DNA of 63,536 nucleotides, the filler included, from Choristocarpus tenellus KU-1152 (taxonomy: Eukaryota; Protista; Phaeophyceae), in NCBI GenBank assembly GCA_964200185.2. It is 8 parts of 8 records of this genome, joined end to end, with 100 filler letters (N's around TTAATTAATTAA, not from the genome) between each part and the next. Parts side by side here need not be neighbours in the genome. Positions count along the whole stretch, not along the records: positions 27,223 to 32,760 come from CAXNAD020010477.1; positions 32,861 to 39,096 come from CAXNAD020008601.1; positions 39,197 to 44,051 come from CAXNAD020012778.1; 5 more parts are not named here. One strand, written 5' to 3'. Each line of letters starts with the position of its first letter. The first letter of the stretch is position 1. Positions 28,010-40,409 of this stretch are shown in pieces. Both the position numbers and the translations under genes were made by a program. Below the pieces are notes generated by a model. The model was not told the origin of the DNA, made no database searches, and saw only the letters and a program-made list of their open reading frames with translations.

Positions 28010-29481
28010 GCCATTTGTGCTAATGGAATGGAATTTGGAGGTAAGCACATTCGTGTGGATTGTGCGGCAGGAGGAGGTGTGTATGACCATATTCGAACTG
28101 TTTTCGTTGGAAACCTCCCGATGGATTCCTCCGATGAGGAGGTGAGAAGAGGACGTGCATTGGTGTCTTGATCTGGGAGAGTTTGTTTTCCAACAGCATA
28201 GATCACCCTACCTTCTTACGGACCTTCCTTTGCCAGAGTTGCTTGTGGTACTGTTTCACCTTTGAGTAATCTTTTGAAGAGTTAGAGAAATGGAATGTTT
28301 TTCTTGGTCGAAATATCTGGAGGAGGTGTCGGCGTCAATTTTTTGCCTTTGATTTTTACTTTTTTGGGGTGATACGGTCGCACGTGTCGGCTTTGAAATG
28401 TAGCAAAAAAATATTTGTTTGACCTCAACTCTTGTACATGATCAGATGATTGTGGCATTGATTGTGTTACATGCATTTTTTATACCTTTTTTCTTTCGCC
28501 TTTTACTTCCATGACGGTTCGGAGATATCTTTTCGTTTCTGTATATCATAGGTGAGGGCACTTTTCGTGTCAAAGCTCGAAGCAGGAGATTCTGCGGTGG
28601 AAGGTGTTAGACTTGTGAGGGACAAGAGTACCCTTGTTGGAAAGGGTATAGGTTACATCCTACTGGCTGACAGGGCGTTGGCTGCAAAGGTATGATGGTG
28701 CTTCTGCTGTGAAGTGTATACAAAGGGAAATTATAAACATACTAAAAGGGACAACAAAAATCTTTGAAAAGGGGTGTAACAGGTCTCTACCCTCTACAAC
28801 GTTGGTCATTGTTGTGATTCGTAACGTGATTTGATGTTGCTTGTGGTTAATGTCTGGTACTTCTATTGACTCTTTCTTACTGCAATACTTTGCTATGCAA
28901 CTTTGAACTGCTTCATTTGTCAGGCTCTCCAATTGCATGGGACAAAGCTTCGCAAACGGTTATTGAGGGTAATGCCATGTGGAAAGAGGACTAAAGGTAG
29001 GGGAGGGAGGGTGGAGGGGAGAGAAGATGCTAGGCCGGAAGAGAGAACGGGTCCAGCTGAGGTGTTGTCAAAGAAGAGAAGAAAAAGCGGGTCTTTCAGC
29101 GCCGAAAAATTTGCGAGTTTTGAGGGGCGAAGATCAGTTCCTGATGGTTTTCTACGAAGACTCAAGAACAAAAAAGGTTTTGAGGCTGCTAGTAGCGTAC
29201 CTGCCAAGAGATTTAAGTTGTCGGGTCAACATACGTTCCCGGCTAGAGGTGTTGTGAGTTTTGTAGGAGATAGTCGAGGTGGAAGAGGAAGGAGGGGTAG
29301 AGGCAGAGGTCCAAGTTACGGTCCAGGTAGAGGTAGAAGTCCAAGTTACGGTCCAGGTAGAGGCAGGGGAAGAGGTGGGAGGGAAATAAGAGGACGAGGA
29401 AACGGTTTTGGGCTTGGAAGGGGCCATGGTGGGAGTCATTTGAGGGGAAGAGGTAGAGGTAAGGGTAAAGGTCGGAAATAA
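28010..29481 (+). CDS. RBM34: RBM34/NOP12-like nucleolar RRM protein, 3' exons, with RGG-rich tail
   Basis: Exons 28010-28141, 28552-28689 and 28924-29481: NGMEFGGKHIRVD, YDHIRTVFVGNLP (RNP2), VEGVRLVRDKSTLVGKGIGYI (RNP1), LHGTKLRKRLLRV, SFEGRR, then a GR/RGG tail. 5' exons are not in this contig. Confidence 0.82.
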
Positions 29482-30814
29482 GAATAGATGCCTTGAATAG
29501 AACATCCACAAAATAGGTTGATGTAATGGAAAAAACAAAACGTTCAATGTGAGGGATTACATTTCTCAATTTCAAAATCTTGAGTTACCTCCTTTCAATA
29601 TTATAGTTAATGCACATCCCACCCATTTTGATGGCTGAACAAGGTTGCAGTGTTTCTACACAACTGTATGTGTTGTAGTATTTTCACTAACCATACAGGT
29701 GGTTAATTCCCTTTTTATAGGATGTATTTTGCAGGGTGGAATCTAGACCGTTATTCAGGGCAGTTGAATAATTGGAATGTGACGGTTGGATTTTGACATA
29801 CTTCGAATCGTACTTGTCACTCTCCAGCAAGAAAGTGGATAAGAATAGTCCACTAGAAGTAAAAAAATGTGACTGGTACAGACAACACTTGAAAGCCCTT
29901 TCTTGGTTTTTGTGTTATGTGAGGTGTATGGAATATGAAATTCTCTTTTACGTTTTGTAATTTCTTAGGAAGACCTACCCGAAAAATATCAATTTTGCTG
30001 TTGTGTTGTGGATGTGTGTGATTCATTTTTGAATATACCATAAATGTAACAGTTTTTGTTGGTTTTGATGAAATAATGTTTTTTTGTGCTAAACTATCAC
30101 TACTTCCCTTCATTGATAGGAGTAATATAGTTCCTTTTTTCTTCATCACTCCCTAGAAAATGTCAACACTGCACACACATTATTTCTAAGATAACTTCAA
30201 TTTTTTCTGTTCTTCAACCTTCTCTATTTTTCGTCGGAGTTTAGATTATCAACAATGCTACCCACCTCCTAAAGTGAGTGGCTGTTGCTTTCAACGAAAC
30301 TGGTTGAAGACATACTTGGACATACTGATGCCCCAAAAATATTTTGAGACATTCTTACAGCTGTGGTTAAAGTTATGAATATAATTGGCATGGAGTAAAA
30401 GTAAAATCCAAACACATTGATCCACCTGTAGTGACACCTTTGATTTACAGTTAGTGTTAAGAAAGAAGGATCTATTATTCCTGTAAGTGGTGTGTTTCTG
30501 ATATTTGGGGGCGCTTTTGTTTTTTATATATATATATATATTTTTTTCCTGTTGATGTGGTACCTTTATTATTGGAATGTTTATCCACAAAGATGCAGAA
30601 TCCCCCCTCTCCAGATACTGATAGGTTGGGTCTGGAACTTATTGTTGAAGATGGTCACAGTAACGAGATCAACACTGACAAACCTCAACCTGTAATTCAA
30701 TAGTATTCGTATGCGACGCAGCAACATTCAGAGTGCTCCAACTACACTCAGAGTACTACTCCAAATGCCAATTTTCGAAAAATGTTTTGCGCTGGCAATC
30801 GAAACAATTGGAGT

Positions 30815-30960
30815 CACCAGGGTGTCCATTTAGGCCATAACCAGGGAAAGTGCACTTATTTCGTCCATCTGACATATGCAACCAAATCGCCCAGAAATCA
30901 CGGCATAAAAAAATTAGCCCCAAATGGACATCCGCCACCCACCCCCAGATACTTTGAGTC
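30815..30960 (-). mobile_element. MITE family B (poly-G TIR), partial copy
   Basis: CACCAGGGTGTCCATTT...CCCAAATGGACA...CCCCCAGATACTTTGAGTC, matching the copy at 55337-55518. Confidence 0.65.
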
Positions 30961-31397
30961 TCCACCACATTATCCTTTGCCAAAATCTCATCTACTCCTC
31001 CCTCTACAGCATCCATTGAAATCGATAACTGGTACATACCTTTCAGCTCATCTACTGGACCATTTTTCAGGTTGATTCTCTCCCTTGTTTGTGGCACCCT
31101 CTGTCTTGATGTATATTTTAATATTCCTCTGTCCATGTGCAACGACCTTGCCACAATCTGCTGGTATTTAGCCACCCTCAACCTGACCCAAGTGGGGTCA
31201 TAGTTCCACCCCAGCCTTATGCGATCTTTCACTTTCGTTGGCAATCATTCTCCTCTTTAAGGTTAGGGTCAGGGCTTTAAGGAACCCTAAGTATTCCACC
31301 AGGAATCTGCAACCATCTCCTTTCCTCTTGTCAAAGTAGAATGGACTTTCCCCAAAATGGTGCGTGGAAAGTGCCCATATGTTTTTTTTTGTAAATG

Positions 31398-31796
31398 TCA
31401 TAAAACTCTCTAAGGGCCCCTTTTTGAATGGGAATCCCATGCCGAAGGTGGTAGTAGGACATACTTAATTGATGATAATTATTGATTTCCAATGTTCCGA
31501 AACCAAAAGGTCAAAAAGGAAATGGCATCCTCCAATTTTTAGATATAATATATATAATATCTGAAATTGTTGGACATTTGCATTCTAGCTGCGTCCATTT
31601 GGGGGTCAAAATAAAATGTTGTGATTTTGATGTAATTTTGGCGATCGTGTACCCTCTAAGATAGTTTCACTCTTTAAGAATGCTTATGTATATATTTCGG
31701 AACATTGGAAATCATTAATTATCATCAATTAAGTATGTCCTACTACCACCTTCGGCATGGATTCCCATTCAAAAAGGGGCCCTTAAAGTTTTATGA
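31398..31796. repeat. Long inverted repeat (arms ~31398-31502 and ~31695-31796)
   Basis: TAAGGGCCCCTTTTTGAATGGGAATCCCATGCCGAAGGTGGTAGTAGGACATACTTAATTGATGATAATT... is mirrored almost perfectly ~190 bp downstream. Confidence 0.92.
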
Positions 31797-31993
31797 AACA
31801 TATCGGCATTTTTTCTGCATTGTTTTCGGTCAAAACCATCCTCAATACTACCCTCCATCCTCAATTTTTAAAATCCACTGGTACATGTAATCGTATGCTG
31901 TTCGATATTCCTTTCTTCATATAACACAATTGACAACAGAAAGAGAAATCACCAAAACTCATGAACCGCTTTTTGTCGTCTCCATTATTTTTA

Positions 31994-32102
31994 GAGACAA
32001 AGTATCTTAGAGGATAGCGCCGCGTCCATTTGGGGGTCAAAATACAATGTTGTGATTTTGATATAATTTTATCTATTGTGTACCCTCTAAGATAGTCTCA
32101 CC
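31994..32102 (+). mobile_element. Internally deleted (~109 bp) MITE family A derivative, TSD TTTA; duplicate at ~31587-31672
   Basis: Both TIRs present; TTTA at 31990-31993 and 32103-32106. The second copy shares the same internal deletion and the right flank TTTAAGAATGC. Confidence 0.8.
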
Positions 32103-32296
32103 TTTAAGAATGCAAATGTCCAACAATTTCAGATTTTTTATCTCAAAAAATTGGAGGGTGCCATTTTTTTTTTGACCTTTTGGTTTCAGAACATTGGAAA
32201 TCATTACAGTACCTACCCCGATTTTGTTCACCCATGGGCATGCCCGAAAAAAGCGGCACAGAATTGATGTGGTACAATATCATTCTTGTAGTCATT

Positions 32297-32450
32297 TAAT
32301 CGTGGTTAGCTGGGAAATCAATCGTCGAAGCAACCCATTAATCGTGGCATCCCTGGGAACTCAATCATCGAAGCGACTGATTAATCGTGGTGAGCTGGGA
32401 AATCAATCGTCGAAGCGACTAATTAATCGTTGTGAGCTGAGAAGTCATTC
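32297..32450. repeat. ~42-bp minisatellite, ~3.5 units
   Basis: TTAATCGTGGTGAGCTGGGAAATCAATCGTCGAAGCGACT-type units arranged head to tail. Confidence 0.85.
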
Positions 32451-32860
32451 ATAAGCTTCATGGATAGGATGGAAACGATTACGAGCGCTTTTTAAAATTA
32501 TGTTTATGTGTTAATATGCATCTATCACCTCGATAAGGAAGGAGAATACTGTATGTACCTTCTACCTCAGAGTCTCTTCAGTCTTTCTAAAACATATTGT
32601 CGCTCTCCTGGCGTAATCTTACCGTGACGCAACTCCAAGACGAACGTATATGCCAAGCACATCAAAAGAAATGACGAATGTCACTCTGGACTATTCTTCT
32701 CCTGGAGTTGGCCCTTATCCACTCCACTTTGCCTTCTGCAGATGAAAGTACACTTCGTCCNNNNNNNNNNNNNNNNNNNNNNNNNNNNNNNNNNNNNNNN
32801 NNNNTTAATTAATTAANNNNNNNNNNNNNNNNNNNNNNNNNNNNNNNNNNNNNNNNNNNN

Positions 32861-34416
32861 GTAGGGGTCTGTGGGTTGTGATTTTGAGAACAGAACTGGG
32901 CACGCCAAGGGTCAGAACATTAGCATGGCAACCCCCCCCCTGTCAACCCCCCCGTGTAGGAAGGGTGCCCAAGTGCCCCTGAATACCAGGGTTGCGCTTG
33001 CAGTGGGGCACGTCTTCGCAATGGTCCCTAACGCCTTCGCAATGGTCGCTAACGCCTTCGCAATGGTCCCTAACCCTGGTGAGCATAAACTGTGGCGACA
33101 CATTGGGCCGGCCCTCTCAGCGGAGTTTGTAGTGTCCAAGCGCTTACATGCGAGGGCTCTGGGAGGACGTCATCGATCACCTCACCCGTGGTCGCATGTC
33201 TAACCTAGGGGTGGCGGCACATAGCGGGCAGCCTTCGGAGCTCACACCGACCAAGATGGCCACAATACATATTATCAACTCCGATAATCGGCCGTCCACA
33301 GTGCGTCAGGTGACAACAAAGATGGCTGCCAAGGGGATGAATTATAGCACGAGCACCATAAACAGGTTGTTGGATGATGTGATATGGGGGCCATACCGAA
33401 TCGCTGCTGGATCAAACCCAAGCTTTTATCGTGGCAAAAGGTATGTACAATGGACTTTGTTTGCGAACAAGTGGACCGGAAACATGGTGTGTACGCCTTC
33501 ATGGTGAACACGATCCATGCGAGCGAAACCTGGTTATACATGATTGCTGATGGGGAAAGGGTTAGGGTATTTCCGCATGAGGATGATAGCAACCTTCCAG
33601 GGTCCCCTACTGTGCACCACAAGAGTTGCATCCCCCAAGCCATGATCATTGCAGCCAACACCCAGATTTAGCTCGAAGCTTTGATGGAAAGCTTGGTGTT
33701 TGGCGTGTGTGTGCATCAAATACGGCAGACAGGACAAGTAAGAACCATGAAAAGGGGGATGTGTATGAGCAGGACTGTACTTAAGACCATTTGTGGTACA
33801 GGAAGTGGTTATCGGAGGTACTGTCTGCAATCAAGATGAAGATGCCTTGGTTGCAGGGGAAGCTCATTGTCGTTCAGCAAGATGGTTCCACCCCCCCACA
33901 TGGCAAGGGCAACTCAGAAATCTTGTCAGGGGCAGGGAAGACTGAGGGGTGGTCAATTAGGCTTGTGACGCAGTCGTCTAACTCCCCCAACCTCAATACT
34001 GTGGACCTGTGCTTCTTCAGGTCTCTGAAATGCTGGGTGATGGGGGAGTGGTTTGGGTCTGTCGAGGAGATGGTGAAGATCATTAAGAAACAGTATGAGG
34101 AGTATGATGAAACTACACTTGAGAGGGCTTGGCAGCTCCTTTCTGTGGTGTACAATCAAGTACTTTGATAGAAAGGGGGGAATGACTTTAGTGTAGAGCA
34201 CACAGGGGTAAGGAAGAGGAAGAGGCAGTTGTCTGGTGAACTCAAAAACACACCGAAGGTAGACATAACAGCCGATTTCAATTTTTTTTTGTTTTAAATG
34301 ACAATACAAAAAAAAACATATCTACACTTTATCCCAGTCAATTTTGGGTCAAGCCCATGCTGAATAAAAAGATAAATACAAGCTCCATCCTCAATTTTTG
34401 AAATCGGCTGTTACAT
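32861..34416 (+). mobile_element. Decayed plant-type (DD39D-like) mariner transposon
   Basis: Frameshifted transposase: GRPSELT-like HTH region, WIKPKL, TIHASETWLYM (IHxDEKWFY), HKSCIPQAMIIAA, IVVQQDGSTPPH, LVTQSSNSPNLNTVDLCFFRSL. Inverted motif TAACAGCCGATTTCA / TGAAATCGGCTGTTA near the 3' end. Confidence 0.85.
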
Positions 34417-35128
34417 GGAAGCTTTTTTCTGTGGCTGATAAAATTGTGATGGATGGGGAATAATAATAATAATAAAAAGAGCCAACCCTAACCAGAAATC
34501 CGTCAAGGGTTCCAAATCTTCTTTCAGAAATGAATTTCATCAACACCTTCAAAGGTTATGGACAACGTGGAACAGACTTACGGCACGGAGGTAGTATATA
34601 TCAGTATATGTTACTAGAATACAGGATTACAATAACAATGATAACAACAACTCTGCATTGATGACTCTAACGCGGACTGCATGAAATATAACCTCAAAAC
34701 ACGGAACAAATACATAGCACAATGGCGGGATGCAAAGGCAGCAACCCACTCTAACCTGGTGTGATTGTTTGCATAAGAACGTTCCAAGAAGGAGATTGGC
34801 ACACCACAGCTAGCGCACAGACCAAGCTCAGAGGGACCTTCGACTCGATGATGAAACTGTCTCGGGGCATTGAACTCGACTACAGAAATTTGCACTTGCT
34901 CTCTCTACAATACATAAGATTTAAAAAAAAATGAAGTAATTTTTTCATCTTTTTTTTTTAAGCAAAGGAAGAAACAGAAATGTCAAATCGATCGATGTGT
35001 ACGATTTCTTTTTTTTTCTTTTCATGGTTTTACGCTGAAAGACAGTAAATTAGTTCATATCTTTGTCGTGTTATTACTTTGCTTGGTAGTTAGTATAGAA
35101 GAATGTAACAATAGCGTAATGTTCTCAC

Positions 35129-37469
35129 ATCTGTGTGTAACAGGTGACCACAAGCAAAAGCACAAGTGTCTCCATCCACACCCTCCCCCTTGCCTCTTCC
35201 TCTTTCCAAGTCATTCCCAGAAGCAGTGCTCACAGCAACAAGTGGTAGGAGACAGACTGGGCAGTGTTGGTGTTGAGGCTCCCCCCCATCCTCAGCCTCA
35301 GTCTCTTTCTTATCTGAAGATAACAATCTGGAGCTAGTAGCCCCCCCCAGTCTTTCCTTGTGGGAAATACCACCACTTCCATCATGCAAGAATGCCCCTC
35401 CAACACTTCCCAAAACCTCTCGCAATCCTGTTGAAGCCCTGGGAGGATTCATAGGGGCGAGGCCTGCTCTGGCCAACACTTCACTCCTGAGACAGCGGTC
35501 ATTCCACTTGTGTGTGAGGAGCTTGGTGTCCCACTCACACACTTCCAGGAGAGAACAGACTTCATCCTGAAACAGCAATATGGGTGCATTCACAACGAAA
35601 CCGAAAACAGGGACATGAAGCAAGAGGGGTGGATGGGCTAGGGTTGGGGTGCGTGAGCAATGTTTTTTTGGTCAGCTTGGGGACAAATAAATATACAAAA
35701 ACAATATCGAGTGTCGATTCTGAACTGTCTCTGAACTCTTTTTCTGTCGCGATTGGGTGCATGGCATCACGTCCATAGCTATCAAAAGAAAAAAACAGCA
35801 GTGTATACAAACAACCATGATGTTTCTCCCCAAGAAAAACAAGACGGACACTCTCTCTCTCTATCTTTCTTCAGTCACAGGGTTGATTATGCCGTTCAGA
35901 TTCCACTATAGTCATGTTTTCTTCACCCCTCTGTATCCAGTGAGCAGCTCTGCCTTGACTTGCATATCCACATAATACTCCGCAACACCCTGGTCAGTCC
36001 TGCACAATCATAAAATTTTCACAAGAGTTAGACAATTAGCTATGTTGCAGGTACTGCATTTTAGCTCTTTGGCGTTGTGTTCCATTGAGGCAATACCAAC
36101 CCAATGAACCATGCATATCACGCCATACGAAAGCCGCAGGAAAAGCACTCCAAGGCTTTAATAAAACAGCTTTACAAAGCATCTTCATCAAATTGGTGGT
36201 GTCTTACCTGCTATCATCAAGACGTGAGGTTCTGCCCCTTCGCAATTCAGGAAGCGACGGTGCCCGGTCTTTAGTGTCTGGCAGGGCTACACGGTGATGA
36301 ACATACTCGGCTCTACTTGAGGCAACTGACGTTGTGATAAGATCTGGGTGGCCCTCACACCAGGCATCGGTGCTGGTAGATGTCTGGGCAAGTCCATTGT
36401 AGTTGAGTAGCATGGTATCTTCCTGGTGAAAAAATCAAGAGAACAGCTAGTCAAGAATGGGGCAGGATTGGGAACACAAGACCAACAAGCTACAGAAGGG
36501 CCAGCAGGGTGTGTGTAAACGTTTTTCTCGCTGTAGGCAGGATTTTGCACATTTTTTTCATTGCACGAAAGCGTGAAGGCATGAATTATGTGATGAGGGC
36601 TTCAGAGCCACGACGACAGAGTTGAACAGTCATTGGATTGTCGAGATTATTTCAGGACGTGAGAAGACCATTATAACACAATAAACGTGCGTATCACAGG
36701 GATGACCACTTCGCTAGTCCAGGTACATCTGATGGAAAGTTCGGGGGAACAATGGATATTTTCTCATTCAAAATCAAGGTCGCATATCTGTGCAGCAATC
36801 GAAACTCTCGTCTCTGAGTATGGTGAGATCGACCATTCTCTCGACCCCCATCCTTGACCTCGATAGTAGGTTTGGTAGTAGCAGCTGCTTAGACATCTGC
36901 ATCATGTTAATTAAGTCTATACCGAGAACATCATTCACCTGACTCAGGTCGTAAGGTGGACTGATAAAGATAAGGATGCACGGAGAAAGAGCTCCCATTT
37001 CTACTTAAACGAAGCACGACCATGTTTTCTGAGTTTGGAAGTAATCTAATCGAGTAAGTGCAATGATGTCTGGGAGGGGCAGCAAGGCTAAACTTGTCGA
37101 TCACCAAGAAAGAGTTAATTTTGATTAAACGAAAAAGATTTATACGGAGAGGAGTCCGTCCCACTAAAAGTAACGTAAGAAGAGTCCCTCCTTCAATATA
37201 TGCAGCATGGACCCATCACTTCTGGTCGCAATGATCTGTCTGAAGATGAGGTCGATCTTAAAAACAGGTTAGCAAAAGCAATCATCATCTGAGTGAGGCC
37301 ATCCACAACAGTGGTTAAAGTGGGGATGAGGGGGGGCACTGAAACAGAGTGAAAAGAGGTATTAGCTCACATCGACATCCTCGTCCTCCTCGTACACATA
37401 ATCTGACTCGATAGACTCCACCTCGCCAATGTACTCATCATCCAATGCTATTGATCCGTCCACTGACAT
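35129..37469 (-). CDS. Ariadne-like RING E3 ubiquitin ligase, 5' exons (acidic N-terminus, UBA-like region, start of RING)
   Basis: Exons 37469-37371, 36422-36208, 35999-35927 and 35566-35129 join in phase: MSVDGSIALDDEY...YVYEEDEDVD-EDTMLL...-KAELLTGYRG-DEVCSLLEVCEWDTKLLTHKW...LARAG...CPVC...CGHLLHTD. IBR and RING2 exons not found. Confidence 0.65.
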
Positions 37470-39046
37470 CACTGGTCACCTCCTTTGTTTTATGAAGACT
37501 GATTATGGTATCGCCACCCAGGAATGCTCCTTCTATGGAACCCCCACCTAACACTCTGCTCTCCCGTACTCTTAGATATATTGGCGACTCTACGAACGTT
37601 CCATATCCCTTCCGGATTTCTCTACATCGTCGGTACGCGTTTGGTACTACAGATGCCAGACCATAGATTTTATTAATATCCCACTGTTTTATTCTACTCT
37701 TTTCCATCAGCACTTTCGGCTCCATTTCCTTGTCAACTTATTTGTGATGTGACAATCATTTTTTTTATTTACATTCAAGTCGGATTCTGTCCAGGGTTAT
37801 TTGGGGACACACAAAAAAAAAAGCTGGTTGTATGGCAAGTAGAAGTGGCGTTAGTCACTATAAAGAAAGTGATCTTAATATAGTTGGATAGATTATTCCT
37901 AATTAGTTTGGTTTTGGTTTTCTTCGATAAATTTCATGAATGTTGGACGCGTGAGGGACAGGTCCCATTTTAGGATCTCACACTCATACACATTTCCCCA
38001 CGATATTTTGTTGTTAAGGTAAAGTAGCTGATGTGGTGTGAGTCAGACGCACAATCGGCTCGCATGAACCCAACCAGGAAAGTGTTAGATTGTGTTTTCT
38101 GTTCTGTTGTGTTTTCTGTTCTGACTGGTCGCAACCAATTAAAGTGGAGATTGATCAACATACCACCCTGACACTGTCAACATACTCCCACCATGCCTCA
38201 GTCTCATCTCTCACTTCCTTTATGATTCTCATCTCTGGTGGTTCTCATCACCCCCCATCACACAGAATCAAGCCCCATAACAGCGATACTCACGCCAATC
38301 TGTGTTGGGGGGAAATTTGAGACGAAGGGTCACGCCAAAAATGCGGACAAGAAGGAAGTACAATGAACTCAAAAGGTAGTAGATCCTAGTCAGAAAGTCG
38401 AGACGACTTCAAGAGCGATAGAGCACCATCATGGAAGCGAAGATTGAGAGGAAGGACAATCCAATATCCCGAAACGTGTAGATCCTGAGCCATGTCAAAA
38501 GAGCTCATTCACCCTTGGCGGTTCGCTTGAACACGAGGACGGTGTCCAATGCCTGGGTGACAGTTTCCAACGTAACCCGGACCAGACCCTCTATCATGCG
38601 TTGACAGAAGATAACGAGTACAAGGAGGACTGGAAGTTCGATATCCACGACAACTTCTTCATCAGAGTTGTCACATAAGTTTAACCCAGTTTAGGGGTTG
38701 GAAGTGTAGAGGTTAGCCACACTGCTGCGACCCTTCCAAGGATAAACCAGCGAGATAAGATGAGCATATTGACCAACCCTACCCCGACCACATTCCTTGG
38801 GGCTATGTACTTAATCCCTTGGTCATAATACATTTTTCTCACAAGGACTTAGCCTCATGAGTTCTGGAACACAGGGTTTGTCCTATTCCCCTGTTCCCAA
38901 ATTGTAAAAAAAAGTGGGTTAAACCTTTCCTTCACGCATGTAACTGGAACAACCACAAAGAGCATTCGATTAGTGGACTTTTATCGACGATCGAAGCACG
39001 TTCTACCCTGAGAGAAATTTCTATTAATGCTCCCATGAACCCTACA

Positions 39047-39292
39047 GGCTCAAAGTATCTTGGGGGGGAGGGGGGGTCTACACCAGGGTGTCGATCNNNN
39101 NNNNNNNNNNNNNNNNNNNNNNNNNNNNNNNNNNNNNNNNTTAATTAATTAANNNNNNNNNNNNNNNNNNNNNNNNNNNNNNNNNNNNNNNNNNNNTATA
39201 AAAACCAACCCCCCCAAAAACCACCAAAAAAAAAAAAAACCCCCAAGGGCAGCCCCCCCCCCCCCCCCCCCCCCCCCAAGATACTTTGAGCC
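39047..39292 (-). mobile_element. MITE family B copy split by an assembly gap
   Basis: GGCTCAAAGTATCTTGGGGGGG...CCAGGGTGTC before the gap and CCCC...AAGATACTTTGAGCC after it correspond to the two ends of the intact copy at 55337-55518. Confidence 0.7.
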
Positions 39293-39606
39293 AAACTTTT
39301 CAAACGAAAGAGAAATCAACATTCTCAAGTCAAACTTAGTACTTCCTCCGTAGAAACATGGGGTGACTTGTGAAAGAATAAAAAAAAACTGGCTCAGAAA
39401 AAAATGCAAAAATGGTCAAATCCCGGATACCCCTCTCATCCGTTTCGACTCTATGGTCACATCACAAACCAATTGCCACAATCTTGTCCTGGCAACTGGC
39501 ATGATAGGCGAGATTTTTGCTGAGCATCCTCTGACAACACTAGAATTGAGGGTTGCATTGCCCGAGGTGCTCAAAAAAATAGATATATGTATATGTATAT
39601 AGTACG

Positions 39607-40370
39607 TTATACACGGGTTTTGACAAGGTAAGAACAATAGATGCAAGGAATGCAGAGGGCTGCCTCCCCTTCCTGCTCAATTTTTTTTTCAATAAGAATA
39701 AAGTAAGCGATTGCAACATCATTAGGGTTAGGGAGCTGTACACAAATGGTAACGTTGACACCAATAGTATCAGTTCACAAATCCTATTATTACCATTGAG
39801 TCGAAGTATGTTAGAGGGGTAGAGTCGCATCCGTTTGGCGACCAAAATCCAACATTGAAATTTTGATGTAATTTTGGCTATCGTGTTTGTTAGAAAGTGT
39901 CAATATCCTTGCTCCATACACACCTTTTCATAGCGTATATTTTTATTTTACCTACTCCGAAATGTCATTTTAAAAAAAACGTGGGAAGCATCACCCAAAA
40001 TGGACAAGCAGGGCAAAATTCCTACCCTCTAAGATACTTTCACTCATTTTACTATTTCGTTACTTCATCATATTATTATTGTTATTGTTACTCACATCTG
40101 TGCTCTCTACAGCAATACCCATAACCCTCTCCCCAGCCACAGCAAGGGCTCTGATGGCAGCCCTCCACTCAACCCAGACTCCAGAGCCACTAGCCTCGGA
40201 TACAGGGCCATTTCTGGGGCCAGGTCCAAGATTGCTATTAACAGTGGCATCCATATTTTCTAGAAGGCCCATAATGTCAGCCTCTTGTGCTGGTGATAGG
40301 GTTACACCCACCTTCAAAAATGACCATTTTGATTTGTAGCATAGAAAGTTTTGCATGAGGGTGTGTGTGC

Positions 40371-40409
<39 letters not shown>

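Noticed and set aside
32297-32450. CRISPR-like array
   Set aside because: Units are head-to-tail without unique spacers, the context is eukaryotic and there are no cas genes; it is a minisatellite.
34614-34895. Next exon of the Ariadne-like gene
   Set aside because: It does not supply the expected C(W/L)xxY...CP continuation of the RING; unsupported.
37438-37725. 95-aa minus-strand ORF as the start of the Ariadne-like gene
   Set aside because: It is in a different frame from the acidic exon starting at 37469 and ends in a stop; at most a uORF.
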